From assembly GCA_958370325.1 (NCBI GenBank), contig CATXJW010000003.1, forward strand, positions 8,352 through 72,351: 64,000 nt of DNA, in the 5' to 3' direction. Shown here one piece after another: positions 1-11,863 of the stretch. The translations under genes were made by a program, and so were the position numbers. Origin of the DNA: an uncultured Collinsella sp. (GTDB lineage: Bacteria > Actinomycetota > Coriobacteriia > Coriobacteriales > Coriobacteriaceae). Position 1 is the stretch's first letter, and each line of letters begins with the position of its first letter. The notes under the pieces were generated by a model, which saw only the letters and a program-made list of their open reading frames with translations, made no database searches and had not been told where the DNA came from.

Positions 1-498
1 AAATACACTCTGTTCGCCGGACTCGATCACGTTGAGCGTGGTCTTGAGCACGACCGGGGTGCCGGCAGGGCACTTTGCCGAGTCCTCGCCCCAGCTTGCC
101 AGCACCTGTTTGCCATCGGTAAAGCAGATGGCAGAGGCGATGGTCTCGGACAGGATAATTTTAGAGGCGCCCAGGGCCGCTTCGGGCGTAAGGCCGCGCG
201 ACGTGTAGGCGAATATTTTTGATGCGATGGCGAGCGTACGGTCGGTTGCGCTCGATGTGAGGTCGTCGGGGACCACAAAGACATACGAGAAAAAGAAGCA
301 CAGCATGACCAGGCCGGCAATAACGACAACGCCCGGAACGGGATTGGGATTATCGGTTAAATCCCAGATAAGCAGCAGGATAAGCGCCGGAACGACAATA
401 CCGAGCAGGATGGCCTGAACCACATGCTGGGCCGTACGAAAGACCTTGGTAGAGTTGTAGCTCTTGCCCAGAATCAGCCTGTTTAAATCCACCGTCAT
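1..498 (-). CDS. membrane protein, N-terminal part; gene runs off the left edge of the window
   Basis: Not in the ORF track because there is no stop in the window. My minus-strand translation from ATG 498-496 reads MTVDLNRLILGKSYNSTKVFRTAQHVVQAILLGIVVPALILLLIWDLTDNPNPVPGVVVIAGLVMLCFFFSYVFVVPDD... and stays open to position 1. It shows two hydrophobic helices followed by a soluble segment. An in-frame ATG at 555 is an alternative start. Confidence 0.45.
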   Translation of the reverse strand, partial: MTVDLNRLILGKSYNSTKVFRTAQHVVQAILLGIVVPALILLLIWDLTDNPNPVPGVVVIAGLVMLCFFFSYVFVVPDDLTSSATDRTLAIASKIFAYTSRGLTPEAALGASKIILSETIASAICFTDGKQVLASWGEDSAKCPAGTPVVLKTTLNVIESGEQSVF

Positions 499-609
499 CC
501 CCTCTTGTCCGTAGCACCCATAGCAATAAAGAGGGCCGCAAGCGACCCTCTCCATTGCATTATGCAATCAAAAACTGTGTTTTACATCAAGCCATCGACA
601 AACGGTATC

Positions 610-1887
610 TTAGGCGCTGTATTTGTTAGCCTCACCAAAAGTGCCAGCCTCGACGATCCAGCCGTCCTTCATGATGACGTCCATGTTGTCGGTGTTGAGC
701 ACGTGGATGTCGGCGGCGACGTCACCGTTGACAACCAGCAGGTCGGCGCACTTGCCGGCCTCGATGGAACCGGTCTCGTCCTCGATGTGGCACATCTTGG
801 CACCGTTGAGGGTGGCGCAGGTGATGGTCTCGACCGGAGTGAAGCCGATCTTGTCGACGAACTCGTACATCTCCTCGATGGAGCAGGTGCCGTACGGGGT
901 GACGAAGGAGAAGGAGTCGGAGCCGATCGTCATGACGACGCCGCGCTTCTTGGCCTCGCGCAGGCAGTCGTAGTTGCGCTGCAGCTCCTTCTCGACCAGG
1001 GTGCCCTCGTACTTGTCGTGCAGCTCGGGGACGTAGACGGGCGGATAGGTGGCGTACCAGGTGGGCAGGAAGGCGATCGTCGGGGTGAAGAAGGTGCCCT
1101 GCTCGGCCATGAGGTCCATGGTGCGCTCATCGATATCGAAGCCGTGAATCAGCTGCTCGCAGCCAAAGCGGACGGAATCGTAGGCGGCGGCGTGGTTGTT
1201 GTAGCAGTGACTCCACACGGGGATGCCGACCATCTTTGCCTCTTCGACCACGGCCTGGATCTCCTCGGAGCAATAGTGCTGGTCGCGACCGGAATCCCAA
1301 CGCCAGATGCCGCCACCGGTAGCCCAGATCTTGATGGCATCGGGGTTCTCGCGCAGGCGACGACGGACGGCCTTGCGCAGATCCCAAGGACCATCGACCT
1401 GGTCGCCCCAGGGATGGGATTCCTTGTTGAGCTCCTGGGTGCAGTGGTGGGAGTCGCCGTGACCGGCAACGCGGCAGAAGCCCAGACCGGTGGCCAGAAC
1501 GCGCGGGCCCTTAAAGACGCCCTTGTCGATGCAGTCACGGATCTGGATACCAAAGCGGCCGATCTCGCAGACGGTAGTGAGGCCGTGGGTGAGGCAGTCG
1601 TAGGCCTGCTTGACAGCGACGGCCTGCTTCTCGAGGAGCGGCTGCATGACCCAATCGGTGTCATCGTCGGTCAGGTTGCCCGAGAAGTGCAGGTGGGTGT
1701 CGATCAGGCCGGGAAGGACGGTCTTGCCAGCGGCGTCGATAACCTCAACGCCCTCGGGAAGGTCTTGCATAGCACCGGCATACTCGATCTTGCCGTTGTC
1801 GTCGACGAGAACGAGGGAGTTCTCGACCGGCTCGGCACCGGTACCGTCGATGAGCTTGCCGCCAACGATTGCGTACTTAGTGAACAT
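610..1887 (-). CDS. amidohydrolase-superfamily metal-dependent hydrolase
   Basis: 425-aa ORF. It has an N-terminal beta-sandwich and then LPGLIDTHLHF (the HxH metal motif), typical of imidazolonepropionase/prolidase-like amidohydrolases. AAGGAGG lies just upstream of the ATG. Confidence 0.85.
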   Translation of the reverse strand: MFTKYAIVGGKLIDGTGAEPVENSLVLVDDNGKIEYAGAMQDLPEGVEVIDAAGKTVLPGLIDTHLHFSGNLTDDDTDWVMQPLLEKQAVAVKQAYDCLTHGLTTVCEIGRFGIQIRDCIDKGVFKGPRVLATGLGFCRVAGHGDSHHCTQELNKESHPWGDQVDGPWDLRKAVRRRLRENPDAIKIWATGGGIWRWDSGRDQHYCSEEIQAVVEEAKMVGIPVWSHCYNNHAAAYDSVRFGCEQLIHGFDIDERTMDLMAEQGTFFTPTIAFLPTWYATYPPVYVPELHDKYEGTLVEKELQRNYDCLREAKKRGVVMTIGSDSFSFVTPYGTCSIEEMYEFVDKIGFTPVETITCATLNGAKMCHIEDETGSIEAGKCADLLVVNGDVAADIHVLNTDNMDVIMKDGWIVEAGTFGEANKYSA

Positions 1888-2018
1888 GGTTCCTCCTTAT
1901 GGATCCATATAGTGGGCGAGGCCATGTTGGGTTATGGCCTCACAAAGCTACCCAAGTGGTGCCGGGTTCGGTGCGCGGAAGAGAGGGGTCCGCGCACCCG
2001 ATCCGCCCCGGCTAGGCG

Positions 2019-3470
2019 TTATTTTTTGCGGGAATTGGTGAAGGCCATGAGGGCCAGGCCAACGGCCAGCCAGCCGATCACGATGCTCCACTCCACCATG
2101 TTGAGGGAGGCGGGAGAGAACGGGACCACGAGCAGGCCGATGATGACGGCGCAGGCAGCGACAGCGAGGCTGATGCCAAACTTGCCGCCGGGCACCTCGT
2201 AGGGACGAGGCAGGTCGGGCTCGGTGAAGCGCATGCGCAGGCAAGCGAGGGCGACCATGCCGCAGGAGAAGATGAAGGCGAGAGCCGACACGTTGGTCAG
2301 AGGGATGAGCATGTTCTTGCCCAGGAACGGGCCGATGACGGTGATGACGCCCAGAACGGCGCAGGCGAGCTTGGGAGCGCCGGACTTGGGATCGACCTCG
2401 GCGAACTTCTCGGGCAGCTGGCCCTTGCGGCCCATGGCGAGCATGATGCGGCTCGTGGCGCCGTAGAAGGAGTTCATCGGGCCCATGGGTCCAAGCGTGG
2501 CGATGACGAGCATGGCCAGGTACAGGAGCATGTTGATGCCCTTGAGGCAGGCAAGCGCGGGAACCGGGCTCTTAACAAACTCATGCCAGTCGAGGATGGT
2601 GCCGAACGAGTAGATGCAGACCATGTAGAAGCCGCCGGCGGCCAGCAGGGCCAGGGAGATGATCTTGCCGAACTTGTTCCAGTTGAGACCCTCGGCTGCT
2701 TCCTCAGCCTGCTGAGGAATGGTATCGAAGCCGGCGTAGAAGAACGGGGTCAAAACCAGGACCGACACGATGCCGGCGAACAGGCTGGTGCCCTCGGTAG
2801 CGGGCTTGCCGCCGCCAGCACCGGTGACCTGGGAGAACACGGGCATGGCGTGTTCCGGCGAACCGGTGAACAGCGAGACACCCATGGCGAGCAGCATGCC
2901 GCAGAGCAGAGCCTTGGTCAGGAAGGCCTGGAGCTTGGCGGCCGAGCTGGCACCGCGGAAGTTGAGGAAGATGACGTAGACTGCAAAGCCGAGCGCGATT
3001 AGCGTCGGGAACAAGTAAACGTCGGCGCCCAAGATGGTGTAGAGCTTGACGGCGCGCAGCCACTCAAGACCGGGCAGGCTGCCGAACATCTCGGACACGA
3101 GGGTCGAAATGGCGATGGCCTCCCACGGGCACAGGATGCCGTTGCCCAGGGCCAGGAGCCAACCGGTGATGTAGCTCAGCGTACGGCCAAAGCTACGGTC
3201 GACATACTCGACGATACCGCCCGAGATGGGGATAGCAGCCGTGAGCTCACCGAAAACAGCTCCGACGGGCACGAGGAAGATTGCACCCAAGAGGAATGCG
3301 ATCATAGCGGGAACGGGACCACCGCCCACGACCATCCAGTCGCCGACCTGCAGGACCCAGCCAGTTCCGATGATGGCACCGAAACCGATGGTGAAGAAGT
3401 TCCAGAGCGAAAGCGTTTTCTTCATGCCGCCGTTACCTTCGACTGCAACTTCTGCGTTCTTGTCCGCCAT
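2019..3470 (-). CDS. APC-family amino acid/polyamine permease
   Basis: 483-aa polytopic ORF with about 12 hydrophobic segments and APC-like motifs (FGAIIGTGW). GGAAAGGAGGGG lies upstream of the ATG. It is co-directional with the amidohydrolase. Confidence 0.85.
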   Translation of the reverse strand: MADKNAEVAVEGNGGMKKTLSLWNFFTIGFGAIIGTGWVLQVGDWMVVGGGPVPAMIAFLLGAIFLVPVGAVFGELTAAIPISGGIVEYVDRSFGRTLSYITGWLLALGNGILCPWEAIAISTLVSEMFGSLPGLEWLRAVKLYTILGADVYLFPTLIALGFAVYVIFLNFRGASSAAKLQAFLTKALLCGMLLAMGVSLFTGSPEHAMPVFSQVTGAGGGKPATEGTSLFAGIVSVLVLTPFFYAGFDTIPQQAEEAAEGLNWNKFGKIISLALLAAGGFYMVCIYSFGTILDWHEFVKSPVPALACLKGINMLLYLAMLVIATLGPMGPMNSFYGATSRIMLAMGRKGQLPEKFAEVDPKSGAPKLACAVLGVITVIGPFLGKNMLIPLTNVSALAFIFSCGMVALACLRMRFTEPDLPRPYEVPGGKFGISLAVAACAVIIGLLVVPFSPASLNMVEWSIVIGWLAVGLALMAFTNSRKK

Positions 3471-3831
3471 TGTTCCCCTCCTTTCCTTATTGACGCCTCT
3501 TTGGCGTCACCCCTTGCGCGGTCTGTTTTACCGCGCGCTTTTATTTCGTGGCTTTAAGATACGGCCTTGGCACAGCAGCGCCGCTTGCGACTCGACCGAA
3601 GGCAGAACTGCAAAACGAGCGGCGCTGTTTTTGGGACGAACGGCGCGGTTTGCCACTCATTGTTGCCGCCCGTCCGACGGGCGTACGCTCATCGGACGCA
3701 TATAGAGATGTTTTTGAAGCCGTGCGTTTTGCGCCTTTCGTACCGTTTACCGAGCTTTTGACGCGCAGACCCATTTGTTGCACATCTTTTTTGTAGGATA
3801 GACAGGTTATACATGAGACAAGGCGGTACGA

Positions 3832-4866
3832 ATGGCATACGGACACAACGACGGTGATCAACGGCGACAAAGCGTTCGCCTTGCTGGCCGCACCACGCCG
3901 ACGCCTAGAAGTGCCACGAGCAGCAATCCGCAACGCCCTCAAGAGCAACCCAGGCCTTCGTCTCGGCAGCAAACAAGCAGAACACGGCAGAGTGGCCGTC
4001 CGAGCACGGGCACAAGCGCGCAGCAAGATAGCCGCCTGGGCGCGCGCACTCGACAGCGCCAGGCCGAGGTTCCGCAACTGCGCTGCAACGGCGCACGTCA
4101 GCCCGGCATCCATATCAACCGCTTCTTTTCGCATCCCCAAGGCGGACGCGACGGCAAGCCCTACCGCTCGACATCGTACGTGAATGCCCCCGCCCTGCCG
4201 GCTCGTCGACTTTGCCTCGCACTGTGCTCTATCCTCATCTGTCTGGTCTTTGTGCTTATGAGCTCCTGTATGTCCCACGGCTCGGCCGGTCTCGAGCCCA
4301 CCGCCGAGGACAAGCTGCTCAAGGCGCCCGTCGCGCCCGGTTATTCTTTCGCCTTTTCGACCCCGCGCTCGCAATGGCAAGCCGGCACGATGCCCCATAT
4401 CTATCAGATCGACCCTGCATGGTCGGAGCTGCCTTACGCCGGCGGTACCATCCGCCAAAATGCCTGCGGGCCTACGTGCCTCACCATGGTCTATATCTTT
4501 AAGACGGGACGCACCGATATGACCCCCGTCGATATGTGCGCGCTTTCCGAGGCGGGCAATTACGCCCCCACCGGTGCAACCGAATGGTCGTTTATGACGA
4601 GCGGCGCGTGGCAGCTGGGACTTAACGGAACGGAGCTCCATAACGATCGCGACTCGATGACTCAGGCGCTGCGTTCGGGAGCGCCCGTCATCGCCGCCGT
4701 TCGGCCGGGCACCTTTACCAGCGTTGGACACTACATTGTGCTTTACGGTATTGACGACGCCGACCAGATTGGAGTCTTCGATCCCAACTCGGCCAGCCGC
4801 AGCGCCCGCCGCTGGGGCGTCGTAGAGGTCCTTAACGAAGTCGAAGCCATGTGGGCCTACTACTAG
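3832..4866 (+). CDS. membrane-anchored peptidase C39-like (papain-fold) domain protein; start uncertain
   Basis: The C-terminal ~170 aa (IYQIDPAWSELPYAGGTIRQNACGPTCLTMV...VGHYIVLYGIDD) match the C39-like cysteine peptidase pattern, with Cys in NACGPTC and His in GHYIVL. One TM or lipoprotein-like segment (LCLALCSILICLVFVLMSSC) follows an Arg/Gln/Ser-rich N-terminus. Confidence 0.6.
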   Translation: MAYGHNDGDQRRQSVRLAGRTTPTPRSATSSNPQRPQEQPRPSSRQQTSRTRQSGRPSTGTSAQQDSRLGARTRQRQAEVPQLRCNGARQPGIHINRFFSHPQGGRDGKPYRSTSYVNAPALPARRLCLALCSILICLVFVLMSSCMSHGSAGLEPTAEDKLLKAPVAPGYSFAFSTPRSQWQAGTMPHIYQIDPAWSELPYAGGTIRQNACGPTCLTMVYIFKTGRTDMTPVDMCALSEAGNYAPTGATEWSFMTSGAWQLGLNGTELHNDRDSMTQALRSGAPVIAAVRPGTFTSVGHYIVLYGIDDADQIGVFDPNSASRSARRWGVVEVLNEVEAMWAYY

Positions 4867-5178
4867 TCATTGGGTAGTCATTGGGGACAGACTTAAATGA
4901 GTAGCCCCAGGCTGCCAGGAACTGCTGGCACGGAAAGCGCACCCCGCTTTGAAGTTCGATAGCGGGGTGCGCTTTCCGTTAGCGGCCTGTTTGGGAAGCT
5001 GGGGGCCACTTTTCGGCCAAATTCCGGGATGTATTTTCCGGTTGAGGGCCTCAAAGGAAACTGTGCCCCGCTTTGGGCACTCATTGTGGGATGCACTTTC
5101 CGCAGTTGATTGGTGCCACTCATTTAAGTCTGTCCCCAATGACTAGTGCCACTCATTTAAGTCTGTCCCCAATGACTA
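4864..5178. mobile_element. MITE-like non-coding element with 28-nt terminal inverted repeats
   Basis: TAGTCATTGGGGACAGACTTAAATGAGT at 4875-4902, preceded by the partial copy TAGTCATTGGG at 4864-4874. Its reverse complement lies inside two tandem 33-bp copies, GTGCCACTCATTTAAGTCTGTCCCCAATGACTA, at 5113-5145 and 5146-5178. There is an internal perfect 17-bp hairpin (4932-4948 / 4961-4977). No credible ORF lies inside. Confidence 0.6.
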
Positions 5179-5284
5179 CCGATAGCAAAAGCCCCGCAGT
5201 CGGAGCGGACTGCGGGGCTCATGAAGAGAGGCTAGTTTGTGGGCGTCTTGCCTGGCGCCCACGAGAGAGGCAACAGAGTAGAGG

Positions 5285-6247
5285 CTACTCGTGGATGCGG
5301 GTACCGGAGAGACCGGCCATGGTCTCGGCGGCCTTGTCCAGGGCGCCGATGATGCAGGTGCGGCCCTTGCGGGAACGGGCGAACTTGATGGCGGCGCGGA
5401 CCTTGGGCTCCATGGAACCCTTGCCGAACTGACCCTCGTCGGCCAGGCGCTCGGCCTCGTCGGCGGTGAGGTCCTCGAGCTCCTCCTGGTTGGGCTTGCC
5501 AAAGTTGATGGCGACATGCTCAACGGCAGTCAGCAGGAACAGAACGTCAGCGTCGCAGTCCTCGGCCAGCAGCTCGCCGCCCAGGTCCTTGTCGATGACG
5601 GCGGGAACGCCCTTGTAGCAGCCCTTGTTCTCGTAGTCGCGGACGACGGGGATGCCGCCGCCACCGCAGGCGATGACGATGAACTCGTTGTCGAGCAGGT
5701 TGAGGATGGAGTCAGCCTCGACGATCTTCTTGGGATCGGGAGAAGCGACGACGCGACGCCAGCCGCGACCGGAATCCTCGACGAAGACCTTGGAAGGATC
5801 CTCGGCCATGAACTCCTTGGCCTGCTCCTCGGTGTAGAAGGGGCCGATCGGCTTGGTCGGGTTCTTGAACGCGGGATCGTCGGGATCGCACTCGATCTGG
5901 GTGACGACGGTAGCGGCGTGCCAACGCTTATAGCGCTTGTGCATCTCGCGGCCGATGCCCTGCTGCAGGTGATAACCAATGTAGCCCTGGGACATGGCGC
6001 CGCACTCGGGCAGCGGCATCTCGGGGGTGCCGATGGCGTCGTGGGCAGCGGCGAAGGCGTTCTGGATCATGCCGACCTGCGGGCCGTTGCCGTGGGTGAT
6101 GATGATCTCGTTACCCTGCTCGATAAGACCAAGGAGGGCGTGGGCGGTGTTGCCCACGGCCTCGATCTGCTCGACGGGGTTGTTGCCGAGGGCGTTGCCG
6201 CCAAGGGCGACGACAATACGATCGGGCTTGCCAAGAGGCTTAGACAT
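5285..6247 (-). CDS. arcC: carbamate kinase
   Basis: MSKPLGKPDRIVVALGGNALG...IITHGNGPQVG is the carbamate kinase / amino-acid kinase fold signature. I trimmed the ORF to the ATG at 6247, which is preceded by AAAGGA. Confidence 0.9.
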   Translation of the reverse strand: MSKPLGKPDRIVVALGGNALGNNPVEQIEAVGNTAHALLGLIEQGNEIIITHGNGPQVGMIQNAFAAAHDAIGTPEMPLPECGAMSQGYIGYHLQQGIGREMHKRYKRWHAATVVTQIECDPDDPAFKNPTKPIGPFYTEEQAKEFMAEDPSKVFVEDSGRGWRRVVASPDPKKIVEADSILNLLDNEFIVIACGGGGIPVVRDYENKGCYKGVPAVIDKDLGGELLAEDCDADVLFLLTAVEHVAINFGKPNQEELEDLTADEAERLADEGQFGKGSMEPKVRAAIKFARSRKGRTCIIGALDKAAETMAGLSGTRIHE

Positions 6248-6797
6248 TGCTGGAATCCTTTCTGTAAAAGGCCTACAACCCATTAATAACCCGCGTCCGT
6301 GCGATACGCGAGTTTATTAAGGTTTATATTCTCTTTATCGCTCATTTTATTCATTTTGAAAATAACGGAACGGTGAACGGTCGTTTTTACCCGCTCAGCG
6401 TAAAGAACCCCAGCTCACGCATATCTACGCCATTTACGTGCAACTTTATTTAAATAGAGCAGGGATTAGACCGGATTATGCAAACTATATCTTTGCTAAA
6501 CATAAAACGGACAGCGCAAAATCTTACTCGCACTATACGAGATTCTATGCACTTATAAGACGAGTATGCACCCCTGCAAAAACATGGGGCTTTTCATCCA
6601 GCATAAGGAATAAAGAAGAGCTCCGAAAAGGCAACCAGCCCCAATGCACGGGGACAAAAGACGGCAACAGCCAAGTCCCCCATCTATCTCCAAAGTGGCG
6701 CGAGGTTTCGCGGCAAAGCCGCGAAACAGCGAAGGGGACAAAAGCCCCCCACAACCACGCCCTTCATCCGCCCACACAATCCGAGGACGTAGTCGTA

Positions 6798-6922
6798 GCA
6801 GGATCTGAGGGCTAACCTTCGCGGACACTCCGCAGGACGAAAGAACCCCCGCCGCACGTAGTGCGCAGCGGGGGTTCTTTCATGTCCGAGGACGTCCGCG
6901 AAGGTTAGCCCTCAGATCCTGC
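6798..6922. repeat. 125-bp compound palindrome containing the PFOR terminator hairpin
   Basis: Perfect 29-bp arms: GCAGGATCTGAGGGCTAACCTTCGCGGAC (6798-6826) and its reverse complement (6894-6922). They enclose an inner 14-bp stem, GAAAGAACCCCCGC (6839-6852) / GCGGGGGTTCTTTC (6868-6881). The structure sits directly after the PFOR stop at 6933. Confidence 0.6.
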
Positions 6923-6932
6923 GGTGGGAGAC

Positions 6933-10472
<3,540 letters not shown>

Positions 10473-10871
10473 ATACCCCTCTCCTCTCATATAGGTATAC
10501 AGGCCCCGGCGATCGCCGGGATGTTGGCGTGATGGGATTTACGCTGTTGCTTCCAATCATCTGGCAGGCAGGCTCAGCAGCAGGTACGTGGCGTGGAGAG
10601 AAGACATGCCGAGGCGAGGGGCAACTGATGCGCCCCACAGACCCGACCGCCCGTCTTGCACATGACCGAGCGCCGCAAAGGCCGCATGCCGGATGCTCCC
10701 GGGCACGCCCCGGCGATGGGAAGCGCCCGCAACGGAAATCCGCATGCGGGTTTATTGTACCCCGCCTTCAAGTGTAATTTCGGCAAATATAGGCGGGCGG
10801 TAAAGGTTTACCCCGACTGACCGCCAAGGGGCGAAATGGCCCCTCGTCCCAAGCGGCCGGCCCTGGCGCGC

Positions 10872-10912
10872 CAAGGAGTGTCCCCAAGTGTCGACAGAAA
10901 AGGAACGTCCCT
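10872..10912. repeat. short dispersed repeat (GGGAC-core family), copy 1 of 2
   Basis: CAAGGAGTGTCCCCAAGTGTCGACAGAAAAGGAACGTCCCT closely matches 51222-51262 (CAAGGAGTGTCCCAAAGTTCCGGCACAAAAGGAACGTCCCC). Confidence 0.55.
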
Positions 10913-10921
10913 ATCTGCCGG

Positions 10922-11860
10922 CTAGAGGGCACCGAAGAGGATGGCGTAGGTAGTGGATTCGCCGAGCTTGAGCTCGTCGCCGGGATTGAGTTGGGCGGAA
11001 CGACCGGGCTCGACCTGAATGCAGACGCGCGTGGCCCCGTTTACCACCACGGTTCCGTTGGTGGACGACAAGTCCTCGACGTGCCAAATATTTTGAGCAT
11101 CGCACCAGATATGGGCATGGCGGGCCGAGACATCGTCGCCGACGTCGGTAATATCACCCTCGCCAGTGGCCAGCGCGCCAATCTCAACACCCTGCTCACT
11201 CGGCTGAATCCAGCGCGGGGCGCTCACGACAAAACTGTTTTGTACGCGCAGCAAGCCCAAGGGGTGCGCCGGGGCGGGTTCGCGTTCGCCCGCGATCATC
11301 GACATGCCAAGCGAACGCGGCGTGGATGTGCCTCCGCCACAGGTCGCGTGCGCGTAGTCGATGGCATAGTTCACCGAGGACCGCACATCCGCCGAACAAC
11401 CGACGGCGACAAACAGCACCAGCACGGCCTCGGCGCGCTCGGCGGGCATGAGTTCCGCCGCCTGGGACAGGCGATCGAGCGCGTTGCGATAGAGATTCGT
11501 GTCCTGGTGGCACTCTTCGAGCGCGCGTACCATCGGTTCACCTGCAGGGCCGCACACCATATTGATCACAGCCGTGGAGTCCATGGGATTGCGCTGGCGC
11601 AGGGCCAGTTGCGACATAATACGCGCAGCCGAGGTACCGTATTCGGCAAAGTAGCGCTGCTGAAGCGTGCCGACCGGCGCGCGAACGATAAAGCGGGAAA
11701 CCCAAGAGCGATCGGCGGCTCGGCTCTGCGGGCTGCGGCCGTCGGCGAGCGGACGGGACGAAAGCACCAAGCCGCACAGCTCGATATGGCTCAGATGCGC
11801 CGCGCGCTTAAAGATGTCAAACATGGCCCCGCATGGGGTGAGCTCAACTTGAGATGCCAT
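10922..11860 (-). CDS. FHA-domain protein with an uncharacterised ~220-aa N-terminal domain
   Basis: The C-terminus, ARHAHIWCDAQNIWHVEDLSSTNGTVVVNG...LKLGESTTYAILF, is a canonical FHA pattern. AAGGAGG lies 9 nt upstream of the ATG, inside the end of the kinase gene. Confidence 0.8.
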   Translation of the reverse strand: MASQVELTPCGAMFDIFKRAAHLSHIELCGLVLSSRPLADGRSPQSRAADRSWVSRFIVRAPVGTLQQRYFAEYGTSAARIMSQLALRQRNPMDSTAVINMVCGPAGEPMVRALEECHQDTNLYRNALDRLSQAAELMPAERAEAVLVLFVAVGCSADVRSSVNYAIDYAHATCGGGTSTPRSLGMSMIAGEREPAPAHPLGLLRVQNSFVVSAPRWIQPSEQGVEIGALATGEGDITDVGDDVSARHAHIWCDAQNIWHVEDLSSTNGTVVVNGATRVCIQVEPGRSAQLNPGDELKLGESTTYAILFGAL

Positions 11861-11863
11861 GAC

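Noticed and set aside
27-418. Short ORFs 27-329 (minus) and 227-418 (plus) from the track
   Set aside because: They lie inside a longer open minus-strand frame (1-498) that has a membrane-protein-like translation. These alternatives are off-frame shadows.
505-2202. 565-aa plus-strand ORF
   Set aside because: It is antisense to the well-supported amidohydrolase gene. Its composition is the repetitive G/A/V/D/L-rich pattern typical of shadow frames in high-GC DNA, and it has no recognisable motifs.
3541-4731. 396-aa minus-strand ORF overlapping the C39-like gene and the divergent promoter region
   Set aside because: It has an Arg/Ala/Gly-rich shadow-frame composition and crosses an obvious intergenic region (3471-3831). 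The plus-strand frame carries a recognisable peptidase domain.
6438-6815. 125-aa plus-strand ORF in the AT-rich arcC-PFOR spacer
   Set aside because: It has atypical composition for this genome and no SD. It runs through repeat motifs and into the palindrome, so it is most likely non-coding.
10473-10921. Riboswitch or leader RNA in the 450-nt region upstream of PFOR
   Set aside because: The region is GC-rich with several hairpins, but I could not match any riboswitch core, and TPP-like CTGAGA and ACCTGATCTGG elements are absent. The repeat at 10872-10912 accounts for part of it.
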